Positions 8,656 through 18,282 are shown, counted from the first letter of the stretch. The stretch is DNA of 40,733 nt from Candidatus Hermodarchaeota archaeon (GCA_048885925.1 JBHLLG010000024.1:1-40733), one strand, 5' to 3'. Program-made: numbers and translations. The notes: generated from the sequence alone by a model not told the origin.

Positions 8656-8973
8656 ATTAAAGACGACGATATTTGTCCTATATGTAGTTTTCCAAAAGAA
8701 CTATGTATATGTGATAGTTTAAGTGCAGATGAGCAACAAATAATAATCTCTAATGATACACGAAAATGGGGAAGAGTCGTTACCGTCGTTACTTTTGTTG
8801 GTAATTTTGATGTAAATTTAAAAAACATTCTAACAAAAGCCAAAAAGAAGTGTGCTTCAGGTGGAACTGTCAGAAATAATGAAGTTGAACTGCAAGGAGA
8901 TCATAGATTCAAAATGAAAAAATTTTTAATAGACCTTGGATTCCCTGAGGAAAATATATTAATAAAAGAATAA
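8656..8973 (+). CDS. sui1: Translation initiation factor aIF1/SUI1 (start uncertain; ATT at 8656 used)
   Basis: Missing from the ORF track. Reads (I)KDDDICPICSFPKELCICDSLSADEQQIIISNDTRKWGRVVTVV...AKKKCASGGTVRNNEVELQGDHRFKMKKFLIDLGFPEENILIKE*, with the archaeal N-terminal Cys cluster and the SUI1 CASGGTV/ELQGDHR motifs. Confidence 0.93.
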   Translation: MKDDDICPICSFPKELCICDSLSADEQQIIISNDTRKWGRVVTVVTFVGNFDVNLKNILTKAKKKCASGGTVRNNEVELQGDHRFKMKKFLIDLGFPEENILIKE

Positions 8974-9069
8974 TTTGAAATAAAAAACTATCATTGGATA
9001 TATATTCATAACAATTAGAGCACTTGATATATGATAAATTAATTAAAAGCATGAATTAATTTAATTTCT

Positions 9070-9510
9070 ATGGATTCTGTTGTTTATAAAGTAATTTTTA
9101 AGGCACATGAACAATTAGAGAATAAAAATCTCACATTAAGTTTTAGAAGTCTCGATTTTGAGAAACCTATAATAGTAAATCCTAAGTTTATCTCAGATCT
9201 AAAGACTTTAAGTGAAAAAAGCCAAAATATATTAAATATCCAAAACGTTGAAGAGGTTCTCATTATTGGAAATCAGACAACAGATTATGCATATAATTAT
9301 TATCTGGTTTTATTACTTACAGAAAAATCAGATGGGAAAAAAACAGGTTATTTGATTAGCAATGTTAAGAAATTAGGCGATATATTAATAGGAATTTGTC
9401 CTTTTAATACCCAACTCGAAGAATTAAAAAGGGTTAATATACGTGAAACATTTAATGAGGTTTTAAATAATCCTAATAAGTATGATAATATTACTTTAAT
9501 ATCTCAATAA
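9070..9510 (+). CDS. Hypothetical protein
   Basis: 146-aa ATG ORF filling the gap between genes; no motif recognised. Confidence 0.7.
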   Translation: MDSVVYKVIFKAHEQLENKNLTLSFRSLDFEKPIIVNPKFISDLKTLSEKSQNILNIQNVEEVLIIGNQTTDYAYNYYLVLLLTEKSDGKKTGYLISNVKKLGDILIGICPFNTQLEELKRVNIRETFNEVLNNPNKYDNITLISQ

Positions 9511-9525
9511 TTTATTAGCAAAATT

Positions 9526-10488
9526 TCAATTAAAAAAAAAATCTTTATCATATTTATTTAAAAACATTAAAAGCTCTTCTTCTGAAGGCATACCCGTTCT
9601 AGCGCCTAATTTTTGAATCTTTAATGCTGCTGCAGCATTTGCATATTTGACTGATTTTTTCAAATTCCATTTCTTTATCCAATAAGCTACGGAAAATACA
9701 CCATTAAAAGTATCACCTGCTCCTGTCGTATCAACAATATTGTCAACGCTATATGCTGAAATTACCGTTTGAAATTCTTCTGTAGCAATTAAAGCACCTT
9801 TATTGCCCAAAGTAATAATAACAATAGGGATTCCTTTTTTAATTAGATCCATAGCCGCATCCTTTGGATTTTTTCTTTTTGTTATAATTTTTGCTCCTTC
9901 TTTATTCGGAATTAAAATATCCGCCTTAAGTAAAATATTTTTCAAATTCCCCCATCCTCTCTTAGCTATCTGTGATTCTAAATCAATACTAATTTTAACA
10001 TCGTGCTTTTTGGCTAAATTAAATGCTTTTTCTGATAATTCAGGGTGTATTAATGTTGTGTGCAAAACTTTAGATTCAGCTATACAAGATTCTTCCAAGT
10101 CAGTGAGTTCTAATTTAGTTCTTGACATATAAGGAGATTGTATTATTGTTTTTTCACCCTTTACTACAAAAATGAAATTCATGGGTGTTTTAAATCCTTT
10201 TTTTTTAATTATTAATCTGGTATCCACATTTTCTTTTTTGAAATCCTCGATCAAAATATCTCCATAAGCATCATCTCCTACTGCTCCAATGAATCCACAT
10301 GAAATTCCCAATCGTGCAACAGCAACTAAGAAATTAGCAGTTACACCTCCAGGAAAAAAGCTTTCAGTTATAGCATTAACTTTTTCATCTGGTCTAGGAA
10401 AGTAAGGGATCTCAGACACCCAATCAATAACAACTTCTCCTAATCCGATAATATCAATTTTTTTTACTTTTTCAATCAAAATCTTCAA
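9526..10488 (-). CDS. PfkB/ribokinase-family carbohydrate kinase
   Basis: PGGVTANFLVAVARLG, PNKEG, ITLGNKGA and DTTGAGDTFNG PfkB signatures. Confidence 0.93.
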   Translation of the reverse strand: MKILIEKVKKIDIIGLGEVVIDWVSEIPYFPRPDEKVNAITESFFPGGVTANFLVAVARLGISCGFIGAVGDDAYGDILIEDFKKENVDTRLIIKKKGFKTPMNFIFVVKGEKTIIQSPYMSRTKLELTDLEESCIAESKVLHTTLIHPELSEKAFNLAKKHDVKISIDLESQIAKRGWGNLKNILLKADILIPNKEGAKIITKRKNPKDAAMDLIKKGIPIVIITLGNKGALIATEEFQTVISAYSVDNIVDTTGAGDTFNGVFSVAYWIKKWNLKKSVKYANAAAALKIQKLGARTGMPSEEELLMFLNKYDKDFFFN

Positions 10489-10547
10489 TATAAAAGAATT
10501 TTTACTAAAATAATCATAATTAGAGACATTAAGGATAAAACTTAGAA

Positions 10548-12275
10548 TTATGTTTCAATTTTCTTCATTACACGCTCTAATTCTTCATCAATATTAATAT
10601 CTTTAAAATCATATCCTATAATCTCGTATGAATTTCTATAATCACTAAATTTTGCTTTGCCCCTAATAATAATATCTTTACCCAAAAATTCGGATGACTT
10701 TTTTTCTAAAAATTTCTCAAATTCAGATGTTTCCTTGATTTTCACAATATTAGCTGTACTTATACCTATTAGTTTCTCTGCTAGATCTCCCATAAAAGTA
10801 GCTCTTATTGTTCCAGTTCCATCATCAATAATAAGATTGATTATCATTCGAAATTCTGTATCTTCACCTTTTCCACAAGTACAATTATCAATTTTCTTGA
10901 AACAGTGTTTGCAACCCTCATAAATAGTTATATTATTAAGATCTTTAGCTATAAATCCCTTTATTTCTGCGATACCTGGAGCGTTAATTGTATTAATTTT
11001 AATATAATTTCCTGAAAAATTGGTAGCAAATTCATTCTTCGTAACTGTCTCATTTATCTTGAGATTTTTAATTTTTAAATCTTCTAACTTTAGAAGTGAA
11101 TCCTTAATTAATGAAACTTCATTTCTTTTTGAAAAATTATTATACTTTAGTAAAACTTTTTCTAAGGATAATCCTTGTCCATCAGTTAGTATCTTTGAGT
11201 ATTCTTCTGCTTTATCGCGCCATAAGGTAACTCTAATACTATCGGTATTATCACTTACAATAAAACCTAATAAAGAAATCGTTTCACCAGATTTTAGAGT
11301 TATTGTCTTTATATTGTCGATTGAAGTAATAATTCCCTTAAATGAGACGATTCCTTGACTAGTCTCAAGAGTTTTTATGTTTTCAATTAAATTTTCGTTC
11401 AAATTTAAATCGGTTTGCTTTATTACAATATTTGTGGATCTATTGGCTGTTAATTCGATAGTTTTTGAATCTAAACTGCTTAAACGAGGATTTAAGTTTG
11501 TAATTGAAATTACATCATCAATTTTAATTGATTTTAACTTTTCTGTGTCTTCATTCCAAAAGGTGACTTTAATTAATCCTGTAGAATCAAATAATCTTAC
11601 AGACTGAACACTCCCAGATTCTCCATCTTTTCTGGTAAATTCCCTTTTTGGAGATATCTGTATGATCTTTCCCTCTATTGAAATGGATTTAAGATTTAAA
11701 TTAATATCATTTATATTAATTGTTTGAGATGTAATTTTAGGGTGTTTTTTATAATCTACATCTTCGGGAGATAATAATATTCTTCCGTATCTCCCTAAGT
11801 GGATTTCAATATCTTCAAACTTCCCTTTCTTACCAATTCCATTAACAATTTTTACAAGTTCGTTTTTTCTAAAATTAGGGTCACTAAATATCTTTACTTG
11901 ATCATCCCAAACCACAATTCGAGCGTCTCCAGTATGATCATGTAATAAAAAAGAACCTACATATCCCTGACTACCATCATTTCTTGCAAAACTATTTACG
12001 TTATAGATCTCTTTTATTCTACCAAATAGAGTGATATTCTTCATATTTTTAGTAATATCTGAAATATAAATTTCAATTTCTTTTAATAAATCCTTATTCT
12101 CGCTTTTAATGTCAACTCCCAATTCTTTAGCAATTATAAATAGAGCACCCTCGTCGGAAATTAAACCTTTTAATTCATTCTTTTTATCTTCAACTAAATT
12201 TTGAATTTCTTTTCTCGTTAAACCAGTATCCTCAATTATCTTATTAATATAAATCTCAGTTTTCATTTCAATCAC
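10548..12275 (-). CDS. rpa: Replication protein A large subunit (multi-OB-fold ssDNA-binding protein)
   Basis: N-terminal helical domain, four OB repeats (LHDHTGDARIVVW, LFDSTGLIKVTFW, VSDNTDSIRVTLW, IDDGTGTIRATF) and a CKHC..CTC zinc motif in the last repeat. Confidence 0.9.
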   Translation of the reverse strand: MIEMKTEIYINKIIEDTGLTRKEIQNLVEDKKNELKGLISDEGALFIIAKELGVDIKSENKDLLKEIEIYISDITKNMKNITLFGRIKEIYNVNSFARNDGSQGYVGSFLLHDHTGDARIVVWDDQVKIFSDPNFRKNELVKIVNGIGKKGKFEDIEIHLGRYGRILLSPEDVDYKKHPKITSQTININDINLNLKSISIEGKIIQISPKREFTRKDGESGSVQSVRLFDSTGLIKVTFWNEDTEKLKSIKIDDVISITNLNPRLSSLDSKTIELTANRSTNIVIKQTDLNLNENLIENIKTLETSQGIVSFKGIITSIDNIKTITLKSGETISLLGFIVSDNTDSIRVTLWRDKAEEYSKILTDGQGLSLEKVLLKYNNFSKRNEVSLIKDSLLKLEDLKIKNLKINETVTKNEFATNFSGNYIKINTINAPGIAEIKGFIAKDLNNITIYEGCKHCFKKIDNCTCGKGEDTEFRMIINLIIDDGTGTIRATFMGDLAEKLIGISTANIVKIKETSEFEKFLEKKSSEFLGKDIIIRGKAKFSDYRNSYEIIGYDFKDINIDEELERVMKKIET

Positions 12276-12492
12276 AATAGTATAAAAAATTATTTGAATT
12301 TTAAAAATATTTTAGAAGGGATTATTTAAAAAAAAAATTATTTAATTGTAATTAAAAAAAGTTATTCTTTTAAAAATAGAGAGTATTTAATAAAGGTAAT
12401 TTTTTAAAATTTTTAATTCGGTTTAATTACTGATGATAATTGTTAGGCAAATTTAATTTAAAAAAACTATAAAAAAAATATCACAAACCTAA

Positions 12493-13245
12493 ATGAAGAA
12501 TTTTAAAATTATCCCTGTTATAGATATTCTAAATTCTAAGGCAGTTCATGCTATTAGTGGACATAGAAATAAATATAAGCCACTCAAATCGTATCTCTTT
12601 CAATCATCTAATCCTATGGATATAATCAGAATCCTAAATACTAAATTTTTCTTTAAAGAATTTTATATAGCAGATTTAGATTCCATTCTTAAAAAAAAAC
12701 CGAATTTTCAAATATTAAAAGAAATAGTAAATTTTTCTAATATTAATGTCATTTTAGATCCTGGAATTGTTAATATTGACGACATTTTTCATTTTTCAAA
12801 ACATAATATTAAAAATATAGTTCTGGGATTGGAAACTATCAAAAGTTTAAAAATTATTAATCAAAGTATCCAACTATTTGGTCAAAATAACATAATAATT
12901 AGTTTTGATCTGTATAATGGAAAGATTCTATCAAAATCTAAAGAAATAAGTAATCAAGATCCTATAAAACTAATAAATAATATCCAAACTACTGGTGTTA
13001 AAAATATTATAATCTTAGATTTATATCGAGTAGGTCAAAAAATTGGAGGAATACCATCACTTTACATAGAAATTTTACAAAATTTTGATGGAAATATTTT
13101 TGTTGGTGGAGGTATAAAAAACTATAAAGATCTCTTAGATTATAAAGAAAAAGGATTTTCCGGAGTATTAATAGCAACTGCTTTATATGATGGAACAATA
13201 AATTTAGAAAAATTAAATAATTTTCACTTTACTGAAAAAGATTAA
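12493..13245 (+). CDS. HisA/HisF-related TIM-barrel protein (methanofuran/H4MPT-associated type)
   Basis: IIPVIDI...AVHA..G.R..YKP, YIADLDSI, ILDL.RVG and VGGGI motifs; lies close to mfnB. Confidence 0.8.
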   Translation: MKNFKIIPVIDILNSKAVHAISGHRNKYKPLKSYLFQSSNPMDIIRILNTKFFFKEFYIADLDSILKKKPNFQILKEIVNFSNINVILDPGIVNIDDIFHFSKHNIKNIVLGLETIKSLKIINQSIQLFGQNNIIISFDLYNGKILSKSKEISNQDPIKLINNIQTTGVKNIIILDLYRVGQKIGGIPSLYIEILQNFDGNIFVGGGIKNYKDLLDYKEKGFSGVLIATALYDGTINLEKLNNFHFTEKD

Positions 13246-13769
13246 TCTAGAAAAATTACACCACTACTTGAAACATTTAAAGACTTTTTACATACTGGGC
13301 ATGTATGTTTCATCCTAACCCAATCTATTAGATGATCTTTATGTGCTTTTGCTTCACAGATAGGACAACCGGTTAACTCATCAAAAATTTCGATATTTTT
13401 TCCACATACAGAACATTTTGTTTTTGAAGCCGTAGAGATTTTTATCAATTCTTTTTTAATATCTAATGTTACTTTTTCAGTGTTTTCTGCTGTTGGATTG
13501 ATTTGTTTTAACTCATCTTTCGTATCCACACAAAATATCGATCCTTCTGTGTCATCTTTCTTATTACCAATCCAAACAACCTTACCTTTAAAATAATTCG
13601 AACCCTCACGCTCTAACGTTAAATTTAATCGTCGATCTTCCATAACATAAGTTTGAATCACTTTAGTGTATTTTAAATCTAAGTTTGATGATAATTGCTT
13701 TACTACTTCTATTGGTTCTTTAAATACTTCATTGGTAATATCTAATTTTGTAATTTCTTTAGGCGACAT
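13242..13769 (-). CDS. Protein with C-terminal RING-like zinc finger
   Basis: C-x2-C-x12-C-x2-C-x4-H-x2-H-x3-W-x6-CPVC. Confidence 0.75.
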   Translation of the reverse strand: MSPKEITKLDITNEVFKEPIEVVKQLSSNLDLKYTKVIQTYVMEDRRLNLTLEREGSNYFKGKVVWIGNKKDDTEGSIFCVDTKDELKQINPTAENTEKVTLDIKKELIKISTASKTKCSVCGKNIEIFDELTGCPICEAKAHKDHLIDWVRMKHTCPVCKKSLNVSSSGVIFLD

Positions 13770-14035
13770 AATAAAGTACTATTTTTTTTTATATTTAATA
13801 AAAATATTTGAATTTAAATCTTTATATAAATTTATACAAAAATAAATGTTTTGGATTTCTTTATTCTTTTTAAATATTATCAGTTTTAAAAATAACATCT
13901 CTCTATACTAATTTTTTTTTAGTTTTAACAACAATTAGCATATTAATTCAATTTATTATTTAAAATTCACTTAATTTTATCGCCAATAAATCCTAAATAA
14001 ATTTTTTAAGATTTTTACATTATATATGATACAAA

Positions 14036-14776
14036 ATGCCCCGAAAAATCAAACTATTAATTAGTCCTAGAAACATTGAAGAAGCTAAAATTGTTATTGA
14101 TAATAAAATAGATTATATTGATTGTAAAAATCCAGATGAGGGATCTTTGGGTGCCAATTTTCCTTGGATTATTAAGGAAATGAAAAGTTTGATACCACCT
14201 GATAGTTTACAATTATTAAGCGCTACTATAGGTGACTTTCCAAATTTACCTGGTTCTGCTTCCTTAGCAGCTTTAGGTGCCGCAGTATCTGGTGCAGATA
14301 TTATAAAAATTGGATTAAAAGGTCCGAAGAATGAAAAAAGTGCAATAAAATTGATGAATAAAGTTGTTAAAGCAGTTAAGGATTATAATGCAAATATTAA
14401 AATCGTTGTTGCTGGATATGCAGATCAGAAAAGAATGAAATCATCACCAGAAATAATGAGTATTCCTGCTATTGCATCAGAATCTGGTTCTGAGATTGTC
14501 ATGCTTGATACTTATATTAAAGATGATAAAGGAATATTTAATTTCCTAAATATCGATCAATTAATTCAATTTAAAAATAAAGCAAAGAGCTTTGAACTCG
14601 AAGTAGCGTTAGCGGGTAACTTAAGAAAAAAGGATATTCCTCAAATTCAAGAGATATCACCAGATATAATCGGTGTAAGATCAGTTGTATGTGAGGGATA
14701 TGACAGAAACAATGGATTCATTAAAGCTGAACTTATTAAAGAATTAAAAACAGAATTATACGGAAAATATGAATAA
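14036..14776 (+). CDS. mfnB: (5-formylfuran-3-yl)methyl phosphate synthase (methanofuran biosynthesis, DUF556)
   Basis: LLISP...EEA, D.KNP.EGSLGANFPW, SATIGD, MLDT..KD and IIGVR motifs. Confidence 0.93.
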   Translation: MPRKIKLLISPRNIEEAKIVIDNKIDYIDCKNPDEGSLGANFPWIIKEMKSLIPPDSLQLLSATIGDFPNLPGSASLAALGAAVSGADIIKIGLKGPKNEKSAIKLMNKVVKAVKDYNANIKIVVAGYADQKRMKSSPEIMSIPAIASESGSEIVMLDTYIKDDKGIFNFLNIDQLIQFKNKAKSFELEVALAGNLRKKDIPQIQEISPDIIGVRSVVCEGYDRNNGFIKAELIKELKTELYGKYE

Positions 14777-14805
14777 TATATTATTATCCTTAAAACTAGA
14801 AAGAT

Positions 14806-15768
14806 TTATACCCCCTTTAATAGTATGGTTTTATTTTCATTGATTGATGTATGATAAATTTCGATCTCTGGTTTATAAGATTTCATAATTTCTAACACTT
14901 TTTTTTCATCTTCTTTTTTGCATATTGTATAAACCGACTGCCCTAATTGATTCATACTAGCACCAATAATATCTAATTTATTTAAATCAATTATCAAATC
15001 ACTTATTCTATGTAAGTTGAGAATTTTGAGAATTTCTGTATTGTTCACAAATTCAATAGACAAAGATATAAATGTATTAATATTTGGTGATAATACTAAT
15101 TTCTCAAGGGCTTTTTTCCCAGCTTCTTTTATTTTTAAATTTAAAATTGGATCAGTTAGAATTGATTTAGTATGAATGGGACCAAAAGATCCGCATATAA
15201 TTCTTAGCTTTTTTGGTATAGATATTCGCTGATAAACGCAGGGATAGCCAGGTTCCTTCAATATCCCCAAACCTCCACCTAATTGACCACAGACAGTTCC
15301 TAATCCTGTATGATTTACAACTTCTGCAATATGAGCTATTTTTCCTTTTTCTAAATATGATAATCTTAAATCCAGCAAATAATCTAATCCAAAAATCGTC
15401 CCAAGTGCCCCAGCTCCACTAGCTCCATATCCACATCCAACTGGAAGATCAAACTTATGATTTATTATTATTTTATATGGATTTTTGACATACTTTTTAA
15501 CATATTCAATAATAAAGTCTGTTGTTTCAGCATTACTATCCACCCTTTTACCATTAATGTAAATCTCTTTTCCAATTTCGTCAAAATTTTGAATATCTTG
15601 TATAGATATCTCTGTTTTACCATATGCATTCACACAAAAGCCTGCTCCTCGAGAGCCTATTCTCTCTGGATTTTTGATCTTAATTCCATTGACACTATCC
15701 ACAATTTCAAAAAATCCCGATATTCTATGTGGTACCTTGATTATAACCTTTTTGATCTTTTTAGACAT
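14806..15768 (-). CDS. pok: Pantoate kinase (GHMP family)
   Basis: PHRISGFF, GSRGAG, LPVGCGYGASGA, AHIAEV...TGLGTV and ASMNQLG motifs. Confidence 0.88.
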   Translation of the reverse strand: MSKKIKKVIIKVPHRISGFFEIVDSVNGIKIKNPERIGSRGAGFCVNAYGKTEISIQDIQNFDEIGKEIYINGKRVDSNAETTDFIIEYVKKYVKNPYKIIINHKFDLPVGCGYGASGAGALGTIFGLDYLLDLRLSYLEKGKIAHIAEVVNHTGLGTVCGQLGGGLGILKEPGYPCVYQRISIPKKLRIICGSFGPIHTKSILTDPILNLKIKEAGKKALEKLVLSPNINTFISLSIEFVNNTEILKILNLHRISDLIIDLNKLDIIGASMNQLGQSVYTICKKEDEKKVLEIMKSYKPEIEIYHTSINENKTILLKGV

Positions 15769-15836
15769 TAAACAAAAGTAACTTAATTTAGCTAAATAAT
15801 TATATATTAATAAAAGAAAATTTCAATGAAAATATT

Positions 15837-16544
15837 ATGAAAGGTAATATTGTTATTAAAATTGGAGGATCATTACTATTTAAAGAAAATTATGAGATTG
15901 ATTCCGAAAAAGTAACTGGATTCTGTGATATTTTTAAAAATGGAAAAAGTCCAGAAAAATGTGTTATTGTTTGTGGCGGTGGAGCAATAGCTAGAGAGTA
16001 TATAAATGCAGTAAGATCTTTCAATGGAAGTGAAGCATTATGTGATACCTTTGGAATAGAAATATCACGGTTAAACTCTAAATTATTAATTTCCTCGTTA
16101 AAAGAATTTGCCTATCCTTTAGTTCCAAAATCGATTGAAGAACTTTCTGCAGCCTTACTTTTTGCTAAAATTATTGTTATGGGTGGTTTACAGCCAGGGC
16201 AATCTACTACTTCCGTTGCTCTCGAAGTAGCTGAATTTATAAATGCTGAGGAATTAGTGATTCTTACAGACGTAAATGGAATATATGATAAAGATCCCAA
16301 AAAATTTGATGATGCTAAATTATTGAAAAAATTAAATTATAATGATCTACAAAAAATAATTATCAATTCGACCGGAGATAAACAAGCAGCAGCGGGAGAG
16401 TATCGTATATTTGACGTAGTTTCTTTGCAAATATTAAAAAGAAGTAAAATTAAAACTATAATTATGTCTGGTAAAGACTTAAAAGAGTTTGGAAAGTATT
16501 GGAAAGGAGAAAAAGATTTAATATGTACTAAAATTTCTGATTGA
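15837..16544 (+). CDS. pyrH: UMP kinase
   Basis: VIKIGGS, VCGGG.IAREYI, PGQSTT and TDVNGIYDKDP motifs. Confidence 0.95.
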   Translation: MKGNIVIKIGGSLLFKENYEIDSEKVTGFCDIFKNGKSPEKCVIVCGGGAIAREYINAVRSFNGSEALCDTFGIEISRLNSKLLISSLKEFAYPLVPKSIEELSAALLFAKIIVMGGLQPGQSTTSVALEVAEFINAEELVILTDVNGIYDKDPKKFDDAKLLKKLNYNDLQKIIINSTGDKQAAAGEYRIFDVVSLQILKRSKIKTIIMSGKDLKEFGKYWKGEKDLICTKISD

Positions 16545-16617
16545 ATTCTTATAATAAATTATTTTAATTTTCAAATTTTATTTATTCTATACAAATTTTT
16601 TAAAAAAGGTATAAAAA

Positions 16618-16857
16618 ATGTCACAAACTTCATGGAAAGATCAAATAAAAAGAAAATGGGGGCCTCATAGTCATTGTCCAATTTGCGGTAAAGCCATGCC
16701 GACAGATAAAAAATTTTGTAGTCAAGTATGCCGGGATAATTATCTTGAACAAGAAAGAAAACAGAAAAAAAAAGGAAGATTACAGTGTGTTTTTTTAATA
16801 GTAATGCTTGTTGTGATGTTTTTAGTGATGATTGTGCCTGGCCTTTTCGCAGGTTAA
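16618..16857 (+). CDS. DUF2116-like Zn-ribbon protein with C-terminal membrane anchor
   Basis: PHSHCPICGK..P....FCS..C, then a basic run and one terminal TM helix. Confidence 0.85.
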   Translation: MSQTSWKDQIKRKWGPHSHCPICGKAMPTDKKFCSQVCRDNYLEQERKQKKKGRLQCVFLIVMLVVMFLVMIVPGLFAG

Positions 16858-16954
16858 ATTTTCTAAAAGAATTAACCAGTTTTTTTAGATTTTCCTTTAA
16901 AAATTAATAGAAAAATTTCATTTAAAAAAAATTACATATTTAAAAAGTATATTG

Positions 16955-17114
16955 GCAGGGATAACCAAGTTGGTCAACGGTGCCGGACTTTTTGGAAATA
17001 AAAAGACCAAATACCGGATTCAAGATCAATTTATTATAATCTCCGTTGATTAACATAAATTTATGAGATATCCGGTGAGATAGCTCTTCGTGGGTTCGAA
17101 TCCCACTCCCTGCA
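16955..17114 (+). tRNA. tRNA-Leu(CAA) with two introns (32/33: 16989-17019; 37/38: 17025-17069)
   Basis: GCAGGGA/TCCCTGC acceptor, long variable arm, GTGGG-TTCGAAT-CCCAC. Removing 31+45 nt gives CCGGA-CT-CAA-GA-TCCGG. BHBs: CCGG-AC|T/CCGG-AT|T and CTCA-AG|A/TGAG-AT|A. Confidence 0.92.
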
Positions 17115-17117
17115 TAT

Positions 17118-17480
17118 TTATAATTTATTAATAAATTCCTTTAAAATTGTATTTAGAAAATTCATTAAGGGTTTGATAATCTCCTCTTCATTTTTTTTAC
17201 TTTTTAAAAATAGAAGGAGAAGAACTGGTGCTTTAAGAATACTTGAAGCTCTTTCTGCGATTATTGTTCCTAATAATCGACCATTTACCCCAAATAGATT
17301 ATAAGATGCTGTTGGTGCTTTAATACCTTCCAAAATAGGAGGGCTGCTCAAGATCACATTCCCAATCCCCATATTTGGCTGATCGGAAACTAGTAACAAA
17401 TAACTCTTATGTAATTCTAAAATATTTAAATAGATTGTTAGATCATCAATAATTAATTTTTCTTCAACTATTAACTTCAT
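17118..17480 (-). CDS. Hypothetical protein, possibly proteasome assembly chaperone PAC4/PAC3-like
   Basis: Pattern 'SYLLLVSD...GIGNVILSSP...LFG...IAERAS..LKAPVLL' recalls the PAC4 fold; recognised by eye only. Confidence 0.5.
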   Translation of the reverse strand: MKLIVEEKLIIDDLTIYLNILELHKSYLLLVSDQPNMGIGNVILSSPPILEGIKAPTASYNLFGVNGRLLGTIIAERASSILKAPVLLLLFLKSKKNEEEIIKPLMNFLNTILKEFINKL

Positions 17481-17600
17481 TTTTATAAATTATTTTATAT
17501 TTTGAACTTGTTTAATGAATATAAATTATATAAGCTTTAAAGATGATTTGTTATAACATTGCTTATATTATTTAAAAATATTTAAAGGTTATAGTAAGAT

Positions 17601-18089
17601 TTAATCAGAAGATATTACAACATCGGATATTCTCTGTCTTCGTATATCAAAATCATGATCAAGATGAATTGTTAAGCAATGTTGGTCCTCATTTTGGAGA
17701 TTTTTATGTACATAGCTTATTGGGACTACAGGTAAATCCGAATTCAAAACTGACTTTTTTGGAATTGGAACAGGGATTACAGCTCTGCATCTTTCACAAT
17801 TTACTAGAACTACTTTCACTTCTGGTGATTCAATCTTTTTCATCCTTTCCAAAACATCTGTAGACAAATTTGATGTATCTAATTTATTTTTCTTTTTCGG
17901 TGCTTCTGGTACCAGAGGAATATCTAATTCTAAATCTTCATCTGATAAGTAACTTTCATTTATTTCTTCTTCTTTTTGTGAAGATAGTTCAGATTTTTCC
18001 TCTTTTACAATTTCTTCCTCAGTACTTTTTCCTTTAACTTTTTCTGCATTAAAAGTTTTCTTCTCTTTAATCCTAATCTTTTTCGCCAA
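17601..18089 (-). CDS. Hypothetical protein with charged N-terminus and C-terminal Cys/His zinc-binding module
   Basis: CERC...VH......HCLTIHLD.....R; TTG start. Confidence 0.7.
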   Translation of the reverse strand: MAKKIRIKEKKTFNAEKVKGKSTEEEIVKEEKSELSSQKEEEINESYLSDEDLELDIPLVPEAPKKKNKLDTSNLSTDVLERMKKIESPEVKVVLVNCERCRAVIPVPIPKKSVLNSDLPVVPISYVHKNLQNEDQHCLTIHLDHDFDIRRQRISDVVISSD

Positions 18090-18282
18090 AAATCTTACCT
18101 TTTTTTAATAATAGAATCACTTTATAATTAAAATCAACTAAAAATATAAAAATTTTATATATTTGAACTTCATAGTTATCAAATCTGTCAATGTGTATGA
18201 AACCTCGAATAGAAAATTTCTTAAAAATTAAATATTTAAAAGAGCCAACCAAGAATTAAAATTGAGGGGAATTTTATATTAA

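Noticed and set aside
8628-8843. 71-aa minus-strand ORF
   Set aside because: It is the antisense shadow of the real sui1 gene on the plus strand.
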